Part shown: positions 30,224-38,936 of the stretch, in pieces | Layout: every line of letters begins with the position of its first letter | How positions within the stretch are numbered: position 1 is the stretch's first letter | From: Candidatus Latescibacterota bacterium | Lineage (GTDB): Bacteria > Latescibacterota > UBA2968 > SICM01 | DNA length: 64,000 nt | Assembly (NCBI GenBank): GCA_965217865.1 | Contig: CBDCJO010000002.1 | Location: 736,001 to 800,000 of the forward strand | Direction: 5' to 3' | Made by a program: the position numbers and the translations under genes | The notes under the pieces: generated by a model | Seen by the model: the letters and a program-made list of their open reading frames with translations, nothing else | What the model was told of the DNA's origin: nothing | The model's database searches: none

Positions 30224-31777
30224 TCATTTTCTTCCCCCTTGCCGCTTTCCCTCCACGTCCCCAAGGGCATGTTGAATGGCCTTTACCTGCGGATGGTCCG
30301 GACCCAGGGTCTTTTCATGTATCGCAAGGGCCCGCCTGAAGAGAGGCTCAGCTTCTCCGTATCGACCCTGCGCCAGGTAATGCCCCGCCAGATTGCCCAG
30401 AGAGATCGCCACGGTGGGATGGTCCGGGCCCAGGGACTTCTCGAGGATTTCAAGGGCTCGGTTGAAGAGTCGTTCCACCTCCGCGTGCTGGCCCCGGTCC
30501 TTGTAAAGTCCCGCAAGGTTGTTCAGCGCGGCCGCCACACCCGAATGTTCAGGCCCGAGGGCTTTCTCCCTGATCGCCAGGGCCCGTTTGTATCGTGCCT
30601 CAGCTTTATCGTACTTTCCCTGGGTCCTGTAGAGTTCCGCCAGGTTGTTCAGGGCCGTCGCCACGTGTGGATGTTCCGGGCCAAGACCCTTCCTCACGAT
30701 CTCCAGAGCCCGCTTGTAGAGCGGCTCAGCCTCCGCATAACGACCCTGCATCCGATAGAGGTCCGCCAGGTTGTTCAGGGACCTCGCCACGTGAGGATGG
30801 TCCGGTCCCATACCCTTCTCCACGATGCCCAGGGACCGCCTGAGGAGAGGCTCGACCTCCCCATATCGTCCCTGGGCCCGGTAATGCCCCGCAAGGTTTC
30901 CGAGGGTGATGGCCACTGTGGGATGGTTCGGTCCCATACCCTTCTCGAGGATTTCAAGGGCTCGGTTGTAGAGTCGTTCCACCTCCGCGTGCTGGCCCCG
31001 GTCTCTATAAAGTCCCGCCAGGTTGTTCAGGGCCGTCGCCACGTGGGGATGGCCCTGTCCAAGACCCGCCTTCACGATCTCCAGGGCCCGTTTGTAGAGA
31101 GGCTCGGCTTCATCATAACGGCCCTGGGTCCTGTAAAGTTCGGCCAGGTTGTTCAGGGGCCTCGCCAGGGTGGGATGATCGTCCCCCCGGGCCTTCTCCA
31201 GGATGGCAATAGCCCTTTTGTAGAGTCGTTCGACCTCCCCGTGCCGATCCTGGTCCCTGTAAACTTCCGCCAGGTAGTCCATTGCCTTCGCCACAACGGG
31301 ATGATCAGGCCCCAGGGCTTTCTCTCTGATGGCCAGGACTCGTTTGTATAGGGACTCCGCCTCATCATACTTACCCTGGGTCCTGTAGAGGTCCGCCAGG
31401 TTCTTCAAGGCCGTCCCCACTTGGGGATGGTCGGGCCCGAGGACCTTTTCCAGAATATTCAGCGCGCGCTTGATCAGGGACTCGGCCTCAGAATACCGCC
31501 CCTGGATCGTGTAAAGCTCCGCCAGATTGTTCAGGGCGGACCCTACGTTGGGATGGTTGGGGCCAAAAGTCTCCTCAGATGTCCTCAAAGCCTCTTCGGC
31601 TTCCTGGATCTTCTTTTTAAATTGCTCCCACTTTTCCCCACCCCCCAGTTCAGGGGTTTCCGCTTCTATGGATCGAATGAACCATTCTCCCCCGGACCCA
31701 TCCCATACGATGGACCACAAAAACAGGAGCGCGATACCGCAGAAAGCGATTTTAATCTTTTGGAGAAAACGGTTCAC
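30224..31777 (-). CDS. 42-aa TPR protein with signal peptide
   Basis: About 10 repeats; N-terminus nearly identical to the 25481-28276 protein. Confidence 0.88.
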   Translation of the reverse strand: MNRFLQKIKIAFCGIALLFLWSIVWDGSGGEWFIRSIEAETPELGGGEKWEQFKKKIQEAEEALRTSEETFGPNHPNVGSALNNLAELYTIQGRYSEAESLIKRALNILEKVLGPDHPQVGTALKNLADLYRTQGKYDEAESLYKRVLAIREKALGPDHPVVAKAMDYLAEVYRDQDRHGEVERLYKRAIAILEKARGDDHPTLARPLNNLAELYRTQGRYDEAEPLYKRALEIVKAGLGQGHPHVATALNNLAGLYRDRGQHAEVERLYNRALEILEKGMGPNHPTVAITLGNLAGHYRAQGRYGEVEPLLRRSLGIVEKGMGPDHPHVARSLNNLADLYRMQGRYAEAEPLYKRALEIVRKGLGPEHPHVATALNNLAELYRTQGKYDKAEARYKRALAIREKALGPEHSGVAAALNNLAGLYKDRGQHAEVERLFNRALEILEKSLGPDHPTVAISLGNLAGHYLAQGRYGEAEPLFRRALAIHEKTLGPDHPQVKAIQHALGDVEGKRQGGRK

Positions 31778-31815
31778 TTTCGAACTCCAATATGGGGAAA
31801 GTGCACCCTCCCCGT

Positions 31816-31860
31816 CCTTCGACTTCGTTCCGCAAAAACCGCGGAACTCCGCTCAGGATG
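31816..31860 (-). repeat. REP-like repeat related to the IS110 target (uninterrupted copy)
   Basis: Minus strand CATCCTGAGCGGAGTTCCGCGG...GCGGAACGAAGTCGAAGG. Confidence 0.55.
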
Positions 31861-32006
31861 TGGTCATTATGGTTTATGATTCCCTTAACGATCGCTGGCT
31901 TTTGCTTCGCTTCCAACCACCTCGATCCCTTGCACTTCCTGCCACTGCCACCTGCTACCGCTTTCCCCTGGCCCCTGACCTTCGACCTTCGACCCCTGCC
32001 CTTGCT

Positions 32007-34136
32007 TCACTCCGTGCGCTTGAATATGAAATATCCCTTCTCCGTCTCCACGACCCGGCTGACCTGCCCGGGCTTCAGACCCTTCACGATTTCGGAAACA
32101 GGAGGATCTAAATCCGCGGGGAGGACAAAACCGATGTCACGCCCCGGGAAGGTTTTCCCACTCTCCACGCGTGCGATCAGGGCTTCGCCTTCTTCCTGCG
32201 ATAAGACGATGGCCATCGTCAGCCGAATTTTGCCGGCTTTGTGTGCCTTCTCCTCAGCCCGCTGCTTTCCCTCCACGCCCGCAAGCGCAAATTGAAGGGA
32301 CTTTACGTGCGGATGGGCGGGCCCCAGCGCCTTCTCCACGATTTCCAATGCCCGCCTGTAAAGGGACTCAGCCCTGGCATGCTTGCCTTGAGCGCTGTAA
32401 AGACCGGCCAGGTTGTTCAGGGAGCTTGCCACGTCGGGATGGCTCGGCCCCAGGGCCTTCTCATATATCGCCAGGGCCCTGTTGTAAAGGGGTTCCGCCT
32501 CGGCATACCGGTCCTGGGCCCTGTGAAGCTCCGCCAGATTGTTCAGGGTGGTCGCGACGTGGGGATGATCAACGCCCAGGGCTTTTTCAAATATTGATAG
32601 TGCCCGATTGTAGAGGGGCTGGGCTTCGTCATACCGGTCCTGGGCCCGGTAATGCCCCGCCAGATTGCCCAGAGAGATCGCCACATCGGAATGTTGGTTG
32701 CCCCGGGCTTTTTCCAATATGCCAAGGGCTCGCTTGTACAGGCGTTCCACCTCCTCCTGCTGCTCCAGATCTCTGTAAACTCCCGCCAGGTTGTTCAAAG
32801 CGGTCGCCACGCCGGGATGGTCAGGTCCCAGGGTTTTTTTCCTGATGACCAGTGCCCGCTTGTAGAGAGGCTCGGCTTCACCATGGTTGCCCTGAGCCCT
32901 GTAAAGTCCCGCCAGGTTGTTCAGAGCCGTTGCCAGGTGAGGGTGGTCGGGTCCCAGGGCTTTCTCCGCCAAAGTTAGTGCCCGCTTGTAGAGAGGCTCG
33001 GCCTCCCCATATCTGCCCTGTGCCCGGTAAAGTCCCGCCAGGTTGACCTGGGAGGCCGCCAACCGGGGATGGTCCGGCCGAAGGAATTTCTCCGCCATTT
33101 TTATGGCCCGCTTGTAAAGGGGCTCGGCTTTCCCATACTGACCCTGGAAAAAATAAAACCCGGCCAGATTGTTCAGTGAGGTCGTCACGTGGGGATGGTC
33201 CGGTCCCAGTCCTTTCTCCACGATGTCCAGGGCCCGTTTGTAAAGGGGCTCGGCCTCCCCATACCGGCCTTGGGCATTATAGAGGTTGGCCAGCCCGCTC
33301 AGGGAAAACGCCACTTCGGGATGGGCCGGCCCCACGGTATTCTCCAGGATTTCCAATGCCCGCTCGTAAAGAGCCTCGGCCTTCTCATACCGGCCTTGGG
33401 CATTATAGAGGTCCCCCAGCCCGCTCAGAGCATACGCCACATCGGGATGGTCGGGCCCCAGGGACTTCTCCGTCACCGAAAGGGACCGCTGATAAAGAGG
33501 TTCGGCCTTCCCATACTGGCCCTGAGAATTATACAAATCCGCCAGGCCGCTCAGTGAGACCGCCACGTGAGGATGATCCGGCCCCAGGGTATTCTCAGAG
33601 ATGCTCAACGCCCGTTCAAATAAAGGCTCCGCTTCGAAATATCGACCCTGCCCCATATATTGCTCCGCCAGGCTGTTCAGAGAAGGTACCAGGGAGGGAT
33701 GCAGCTTCCCCATCGTCTTCTCACGGCTTTTTATCACGCGTTTGAAAAGGGGCTCGGCCTCTTCATATCGGCCCATGGAATCGTAAATTTTCGCCAGGTT
33801 GTTAAGTGCTGTCACCACGAGCGCGTGGTCCGGCTTAAGGACCTCATCCATGATGGCCAAAGCCCTTTTGATCAGTGGCTCGGCTTCAGAATGACGCCCC
33901 TTGCTTATGTAAACCTCCGCCAGCCTGTTCAGAGGGCCCGCTACGTTGGGATGCTGGGGACCAAAGGTCTCCTCCGCCTGCTTCAGCACCTTTTCGGCTA
34001 AAAATTGGGACTTCCCCTCCCCTTCCTTTTCAGACGATTGCGCCTTCACCGATGAAATCAGCCTTCCCGGCCCGGACCAGGACGAGAAAATGAGGATCGG
34101 AGGGAGAAAGGCCAGCCTTATAAGAAAACGTTTCAC
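32007..34136 (-). CDS. 42-aa TPR protein with C-terminal parvulin-like domain
   Basis: About 14 repeats; GTG 34136 preceded by the same TTCGAAA leader as paralogs; C-terminus DIGFVLP...LKPGQVSRVVETEKGYFIFKR. Confidence 0.88.
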   Translation of the reverse strand: MKRFLIRLAFLPPILIFSSWSGPGRLISSVKAQSSEKEGEGKSQFLAEKVLKQAEETFGPQHPNVAGPLNRLAEVYISKGRHSEAEPLIKRALAIMDEVLKPDHALVVTALNNLAKIYDSMGRYEEAEPLFKRVIKSREKTMGKLHPSLVPSLNSLAEQYMGQGRYFEAEPLFERALSISENTLGPDHPHVAVSLSGLADLYNSQGQYGKAEPLYQRSLSVTEKSLGPDHPDVAYALSGLGDLYNAQGRYEKAEALYERALEILENTVGPAHPEVAFSLSGLANLYNAQGRYGEAEPLYKRALDIVEKGLGPDHPHVTTSLNNLAGFYFFQGQYGKAEPLYKRAIKMAEKFLRPDHPRLAASQVNLAGLYRAQGRYGEAEPLYKRALTLAEKALGPDHPHLATALNNLAGLYRAQGNHGEAEPLYKRALVIRKKTLGPDHPGVATALNNLAGVYRDLEQQEEVERLYKRALGILEKARGNQHSDVAISLGNLAGHYRAQDRYDEAQPLYNRALSIFEKALGVDHPHVATTLNNLAELHRAQDRYAEAEPLYNRALAIYEKALGPSHPDVASSLNNLAGLYSAQGKHARAESLYRRALEIVEKALGPAHPHVKSLQFALAGVEGKQRAEEKAHKAGKIRLTMAIVLSQEEGEALIARVESGKTFPGRDIGFVLPADLDPPVSEIVKGLKPGQVSRVVETEKGYFIFKRTE

Positions 34137-34361
34137 TTTCGAAATCCCTTCTTCGCGCGACTTTTTGCCGGAACCCTGCCACTTTAAGATTGTGGAGTTC
34201 GGCACGTGGATTGAAAAACAATATAACGATGAATCCTCAGGTATCCCTGGGAAACAAAAAAAAACCGCCCTTATCCAAGATGGTTGCGCTTAGATATAGA
34301 GGCGACCCGTCAACAACACCCCTCTTATTAATGTAATAGAAAGTGCGTCCTTATTTAATGG

Positions 34362-35378
34362 TCAGGAATATAGCGACGCAACATATTCCTCATAGCCATT
34401 GTAAAGCAAGGTTGCTTTCCACTGCTCTTGATTCAGAGCCAAAAGGAACCGTTCGAATTTCTGAGACCATCGAGGATGAGGCACCTCCGGCTCGACGTTT
34501 GCATGGAAGCTATATTCCTGGGGGACCAGGGCGTTCCAGAAGGTGGGGGGTTGTTCAGCGACGAACTCGATGCGGACGATCGACTTGATGCTTTTAAAAC
34601 CGTATTTCCAGGGGACCACCAACCGGATGGGCGCCCCGTGCTGCCTGGGCAGCCCGTGACCGTATATCCCCACGGCCAGAAGCGTCAGTTCATTCGTCGC
34701 CTCCTCCATGGTCAGGGTTTCGGAGTATGGCCATGGCCACTGGGGGCTATTGAACTGCCCGATGGCCACCCCCGGATTGAGAAAGGAGGTCATCTGGACA
34801 AACCTGGCCTCGGACGTGGGTTCTACAACGTCGATGAGGGCTTTCATCGGAAAACCGGTCCACGGTACGGCGATGGACCAGGCCTCAACACACCGCAGTC
34901 GATAAAGCCTTTCATCTATCGGCATATTTTTTAGAAAAAATTCCAGGTCATAGGTCTCCGGATTTCGGACCAAACCGGTGACCTCCACCTGCCAGGGATC
35001 CAGTGAAAGCTTTTGCGCCAGGTCCTTCACCCCGGTCTTCGAAGTGGTGAATTCATAAAAATTGTTGTACGAAGCGGCGAACGACTCTTCGGTTAGGGGC
35101 CGGTCCAGCATGTTGAAAGCCTGGTTCTGGGGGGAAACGTATGTCCTTAAGGCCGGATCCACCAATTCCGTTTCCGTAGGTTCGGTACCTTCAGCAACAT
35201 CTTTCGCTCCGGCTCCCAGAGGGGAGACGGTGGGATCAAAGATTCTCTCGTAACCACATCCCATCAACAGTCCTGCAGCCCCTATTCCCGCGGACTTCAC
35301 AAACCTCCGGCGGTTCATGTAGACATCCTCGGGTGTGGCCTCTCGCTCGGGAATTTCCCAACCACGCCGTGGCATCAA
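34362..35378 (-). CDS. msrP: Protein-methionine-sulfoxide reductase catalytic subunit MsrP
   Basis: Tat motif RRRFVK, YNNFYEF, RLRCVEAWS, HGAPIRLVVPWKYGFKSIKSIV, HPRWSQ. Confidence 0.95.
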   Translation of the reverse strand: MMPRRGWEIPEREATPEDVYMNRRRFVKSAGIGAAGLLMGCGYERIFDPTVSPLGAGAKDVAEGTEPTETELVDPALRTYVSPQNQAFNMLDRPLTEESFAASYNNFYEFTTSKTGVKDLAQKLSLDPWQVEVTGLVRNPETYDLEFFLKNMPIDERLYRLRCVEAWSIAVPWTGFPMKALIDVVEPTSEARFVQMTSFLNPGVAIGQFNSPQWPWPYSETLTMEEATNELTLLAVGIYGHGLPRQHGAPIRLVVPWKYGFKSIKSIVRIEFVAEQPPTFWNALVPQEYSFHANVEPEVPHPRWSQKFERFLLALNQEQWKATLLYNGYEEYVASLYS

Positions 35379-35420
35379 ACCTCTCCTGGAATTATGTTAG
35401 GACTCTCCGGCTCAATCAAA

Positions 35421-35449
35421 AATGTAATTGATTCTAAAGGGAATGTCAA
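35421..35449 (-). promoter_or_regulatory. sigma70-like promoter of msrP
   Basis: Minus-strand TTGACA-N17-TACATT about 45 nt upstream of the start. Confidence 0.6.
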
Positions 35450-35645
35450 AGATGAATACGGGATGGTGAGCGCCTCGCTTCACCCATAAAGCCTAGTATA
35501 AATGAGAGATTCAATCCCCGTCGAGATCCGGTTTCGGAAAGGCCTTTCCAGCTCGGTTCCTGTCGCGAGCTTCGAGTCGCTCACACGCCCAGACGTTCCG
35601 GAAACACGACCACAGCATACATGGCTACGGCTGAGAAAGGGCATT

Positions 35646-36734
35646 CTACTCATCGATTCGGTAGTGTTCAACCGCGTCTTCGTCTACTTCTATGCCCAGT
35701 CCCGGAGCGTGAGGGATGCGGACATAACCGTCTTCCACTGCGAAGAGGGTGTCGCCTTTGACCAGGGTGTTCAGGGGGACCAGGCCTCTTCAGGTAGCAC
35801 CGGCGGCGTGGTGAACACCAGTTCCTGCATCCGGCAGGTGCGGATGGTGGCGGCTATCTGAAGGGAGCCGACCAGGTTCATGCCGTGCGAACCGTGGAAG
35901 ATGCACGCTATCCCGGATAGTTCGGCCATGCCTGCTATCTTTTTCAGGGTCGTGAAGACGTTGGCACAGTGGGGCTGGATGATATCGAAGGCTTCTCCCT
36001 TGATATATCCCTCGTACACATCCGGTGGTTGATGCTCGCCGCCGGTGATTGCGATATCGGTGCCCGCCCGGAGACGGGCGTGGAGATGGATGTCTCCACG
36101 CGCAAAGGGCTCTTCCAGCCAGGTGGCCTCCACCTCCTCCAGGGCCTTGGCGACTTTCAGGGCGGTCTCGTAATCCCAGGTGGTACCCGGGTTCTCCGCG
36201 GTTCGGTCGACCATGACCTCCATCTTGTCCGGTCTTCCGACCCGTTCGCGGATAAGGCGTATAGGCTTCCACATCTTCCATGGGATCGGGACGCCAGATG
36301 CGGATTTTGACCGCCTTGTACCCGCGTTCGGCGTAGCCCAGCACGTCTTCGGCCTGCTGGCGGGGCGTCACGTCGGACTGATCGGGAGCGCCCGGCCAGA
36401 CGCAGGTCAGGTACAGGAGGATCTTGTCGCGATAGGCCCCCAGCAGGTTGTTCAGGGGCAGGCCGGCGGCTTTTCCTACAATGTCCCAGAGCGCGTTTTC
36501 GCCGCCATACCACTGATCGAGACCCGCTTCGAGATGGCGCTCGATCTGAAACGGGTTTTCGCCCAGTAGGAGTTCGCAGACCGTGTTCGCATCCACCTCC
36601 TTGAAGCCGTACCCCGTGATGCCCTCGTCGGTTCGGATTCGGGTCACACCCGTGGTGTGATAGTATCTCAGTTGACGCTGTTCCTCTGAGATGGGGACTT
36701 CGACACGGAAACTGTCGACGGCTGTGATTTTCAT
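35646..36734 (-). CDS. Mandelate racemase/muconate lactonizing (enolase superfamily) enzyme; two apparent frameshifts (~36265, ~35775)
   Basis: MKITAVD..., ALWDIVGK, KAVKIR, VMVD, WLEEP, ITGGE; third frame continues LNTLVKG...GYVRIPHAPGLGIEVDEDAVEHYRIDE to TAG at 35646. Confidence 0.8.
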
Positions 36735-36776
36735 TTTTCATCAATTCCGGAATTTAGAGGTTGTTCAGGGTGTATA

Positions 36777-36982
36777 TGTTCGTCGAAAGTATTCTAAATT
36801 GGATTGTCTTCGATAGGGGCACGATGCATCGTGCCCTACACAAAATTTTATCGCCCCAATAGATTCCCGATTGCGAGGCGATGCCTCTCCCGGTGATTCG
36901 TCACATCCCTTCGACGGGCGACCACATAAGGTCACCCCTACGGGTTATGTCTGACCCCGATCGAATTTTGTCTGTTCGTCAA
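36777..36982. repeat. GTAG-REP composite unit (family A, period ~196 bp)
   Basis: Same palindromes as 15822-16061 but begins and ends with TGTTCGTC. Confidence 0.75.
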
Positions 36983-37006
36983 GCCCCACCGGTCCCCTAC
37001 CCTAAT

Positions 37007-37840
37007 TCACCGTTTGATCGCGACTCCAAACAGGACCGTTTGCCCGGCCGTTGTATTGCAGCCCGCTGCGATGTGAATCAGGTCCAGGCTCAGTTCCAGC
37101 CGGGGGCTTAACCGATAGATTACACCGGGAGAGATCTTGAAGACATTCTGGTCGCCGATCAGGCCCACCTCATCGGTTATAACGCATTTTCCTGAAGTGC
37201 GAATACCCCCCGCAAATCCCTTGATCAGGAAGCGATTCAGGGTGAAACCAGCCTCTAAGAAATAGAACATCTCATTGCTGAAAGCCCCACCGCGGACCCG
37301 GTAACCGACCTCACCTGTCACATATCCCGGGAAGGGATACAGAGACCGCCCGATTAAAAGCCGGACATCCCCATCCAGCTTCCGGCTGCTCAGGGGAACC
37401 CGGGTTCCCTGGGATTCATCGTACCAGAAGGGGACTTTGCCCCCTGCGGCGATCGAGACCACGACCGGTTGGGGGGCGACCAACCATCGAAAACGCGCTT
37501 CAAGGTCACCAAATCCGGATCGCTTCTCGAGTGCGGTCCCATTCTCAAAGATCCGGGTATCGGACAACCTTCTGTATGGCAATGAAGACACGATTGTCAG
37601 CCGGTCAAGGACCCCGTATTCCAGATAGGCCGAGTAGTTGTAATCGGTCAACTCCCCCATTCTGGCTTTCTGAATCCGGTTTCCCATTGCACCGATGTCG
37701 TCTGTGGAATTTAAATAACTCCCCGCGACCTTGAGATAATAACCCCCTTGATCCTGGGTCCACGCGCCGGCGAAGAGCGTAGACGGGAAGCCCAGGCTTA
37801 CGGAACAGGCAAGGAAAACGGGAAATAGGCGGTTTAGCAT
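37007..37840 (-). CDS. Hypothetical outer-membrane beta-barrel protein
   Basis: Signal peptide, AGAWTQ, YLEYG..RLT, GFGDLE, alternating beta pattern. Confidence 0.7.
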   Translation of the reverse strand: MLNRLFPVFLACSVSLGFPSTLFAGAWTQDQGGYYLKVAGSYLNSTDDIGAMGNRIQKARMGELTDYNYSAYLEYGVLDRLTIVSSLPYRRLSDTRIFENGTALEKRSGFGDLEARFRWLVAPQPVVVSIAAGGKVPFWYDESQGTRVPLSSRKLDGDVRLLIGRSLYPFPGYVTGEVGYRVRGGAFSNEMFYFLEAGFTLNRFLIKGFAGGIRTSGKCVITDEVGLIGDQNVFKISPGVIYRLSPRLELSLDLIHIAAGCNTTAGQTVLFGVAIKR

Positions 37841-38116
37841 AATTGTCCTATCGTAAATATCTCATCCATTATCTCATCTAAACGTTTAGAAAGGCATAGA
37901 GTTCCAGATCAGAATCGGATTCGGGTTCCAGGAAAAGCATCGCACGCGAATAAATATCCGCGCTATGTATACAAAGTCCGTAGCAGGCGGACTCCCCCCC
38001 AAAGTGATTCGTTCACATCCCATCGACGGGCGGACACACAGGTCCGCCCCTACGCCTGACCTCCCCTGCCTTTTGCATTTTCCATTTTGCATTTTTCACC
38101 TTGCATTTTCTTCCCC

Positions 38117-38761
38117 TTACCTCTGACCTCTGACCTCCGACACCCGAGGTGTGTCCTCCCCCAGGACCGGCTTCAGATCCTGTTTCAGTTCGTTCAAGCC
38201 CGCCTGCGAGAGCCCGTCGTAGAAACCCCGGATACGTCCCTGGCGGTCCACCAGGGCAAGTTTCGGACTGTGAAAAAGGGGCTGATTCGAGCTGGGGGGA
38301 TTCTCACCGACCGGAATCTTGAAACCCTTCATGCTCAATTCCCAGATCGCATCACGGGTCCCTGTAAGAAACTTCCAGTGTCCATCGTCCGCTTCGGCCT
38401 GTCTTGCGTACTCCTGCAATACCCCAGGGGTGTCGAATTCCGGGTCCACGGTAAAACTCACAAGCCGAATATCCTCCCACAGAGGGTCTCTTGAAAGCTG
38501 TTCCTGAAGCCTGGCCATGTGGACGGTCTGCAACGGACAGGTCGCGGGACATCGGGTGAAGATAAAATTCGCGATCCAAACCTTATCCAGAAGCTGGTTG
38601 AGACCGAACGCTGTCCCGGTCTGATCAATCAGGGAGAAATCCGGCAACTCAGCGAATACCGGAACCCCCTCCCTACGGACTCCGCTGTTCCTGTTCATCG
38701 ATACCACCAGGAACCCGATCCCGATCAGAACAAGGACGATGGGAAGGAAAAACGATTTCAT
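38117..38761 (-). CDS. SCO1/SenC family copper-binding protein
   Basis: N-terminal TM, LPDFSLIDQ, FTRCPATCP (CxxxC), TVDPEFDTP, conserved His (FHS), LVDRQGRIRG. Confidence 0.92.
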   Translation of the reverse strand: MKSFFLPIVLVLIGIGFLVVSMNRNSGVRREGVPVFAELPDFSLIDQTGTAFGLNQLLDKVWIANFIFTRCPATCPLQTVHMARLQEQLSRDPLWEDIRLVSFTVDPEFDTPGVLQEYARQAEADDGHWKFLTGTRDAIWELSMKGFKIPVGENPPSSNQPLFHSPKLALVDRQGRIRGFYDGLSQAGLNELKQDLKPVLGEDTPRVSEVRGQR

Positions 38762-38769
38762 TTAAGCCT

Positions 38770-38901
38770 TTGTAAGGGCACGGCATGCCGTGCCCTTACA
38801 ACCAAATATTGTTGTTCCACTCTATTCCAGATTGGGGCGATGCCTCGCCGGTGATTCGTCCGCATCCCATCGATGGGCGACCACATCGGGTCGCCCCGAC
38901 G
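38770..38901. repeat. GTAG-REP composite unit (family A)
   Basis: TGTAAGGGCACGGCATGCCGTGCCCTTACA...GGGCGACCACATCGGGTCGCCCC; partial copy at ~38003-38053. Confidence 0.75.
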
Positions 38902-38936
38902 CAAAATCAATTCCATTTTACATTTTCCATTTTCCC

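Noticed and set aside
25800-33960. CRISPR-like periodic GCCAGGTTGTTCAGGG motif
   Set aside because: 126-nt period is the coding TPR repeat; intervening sequences are homologous.
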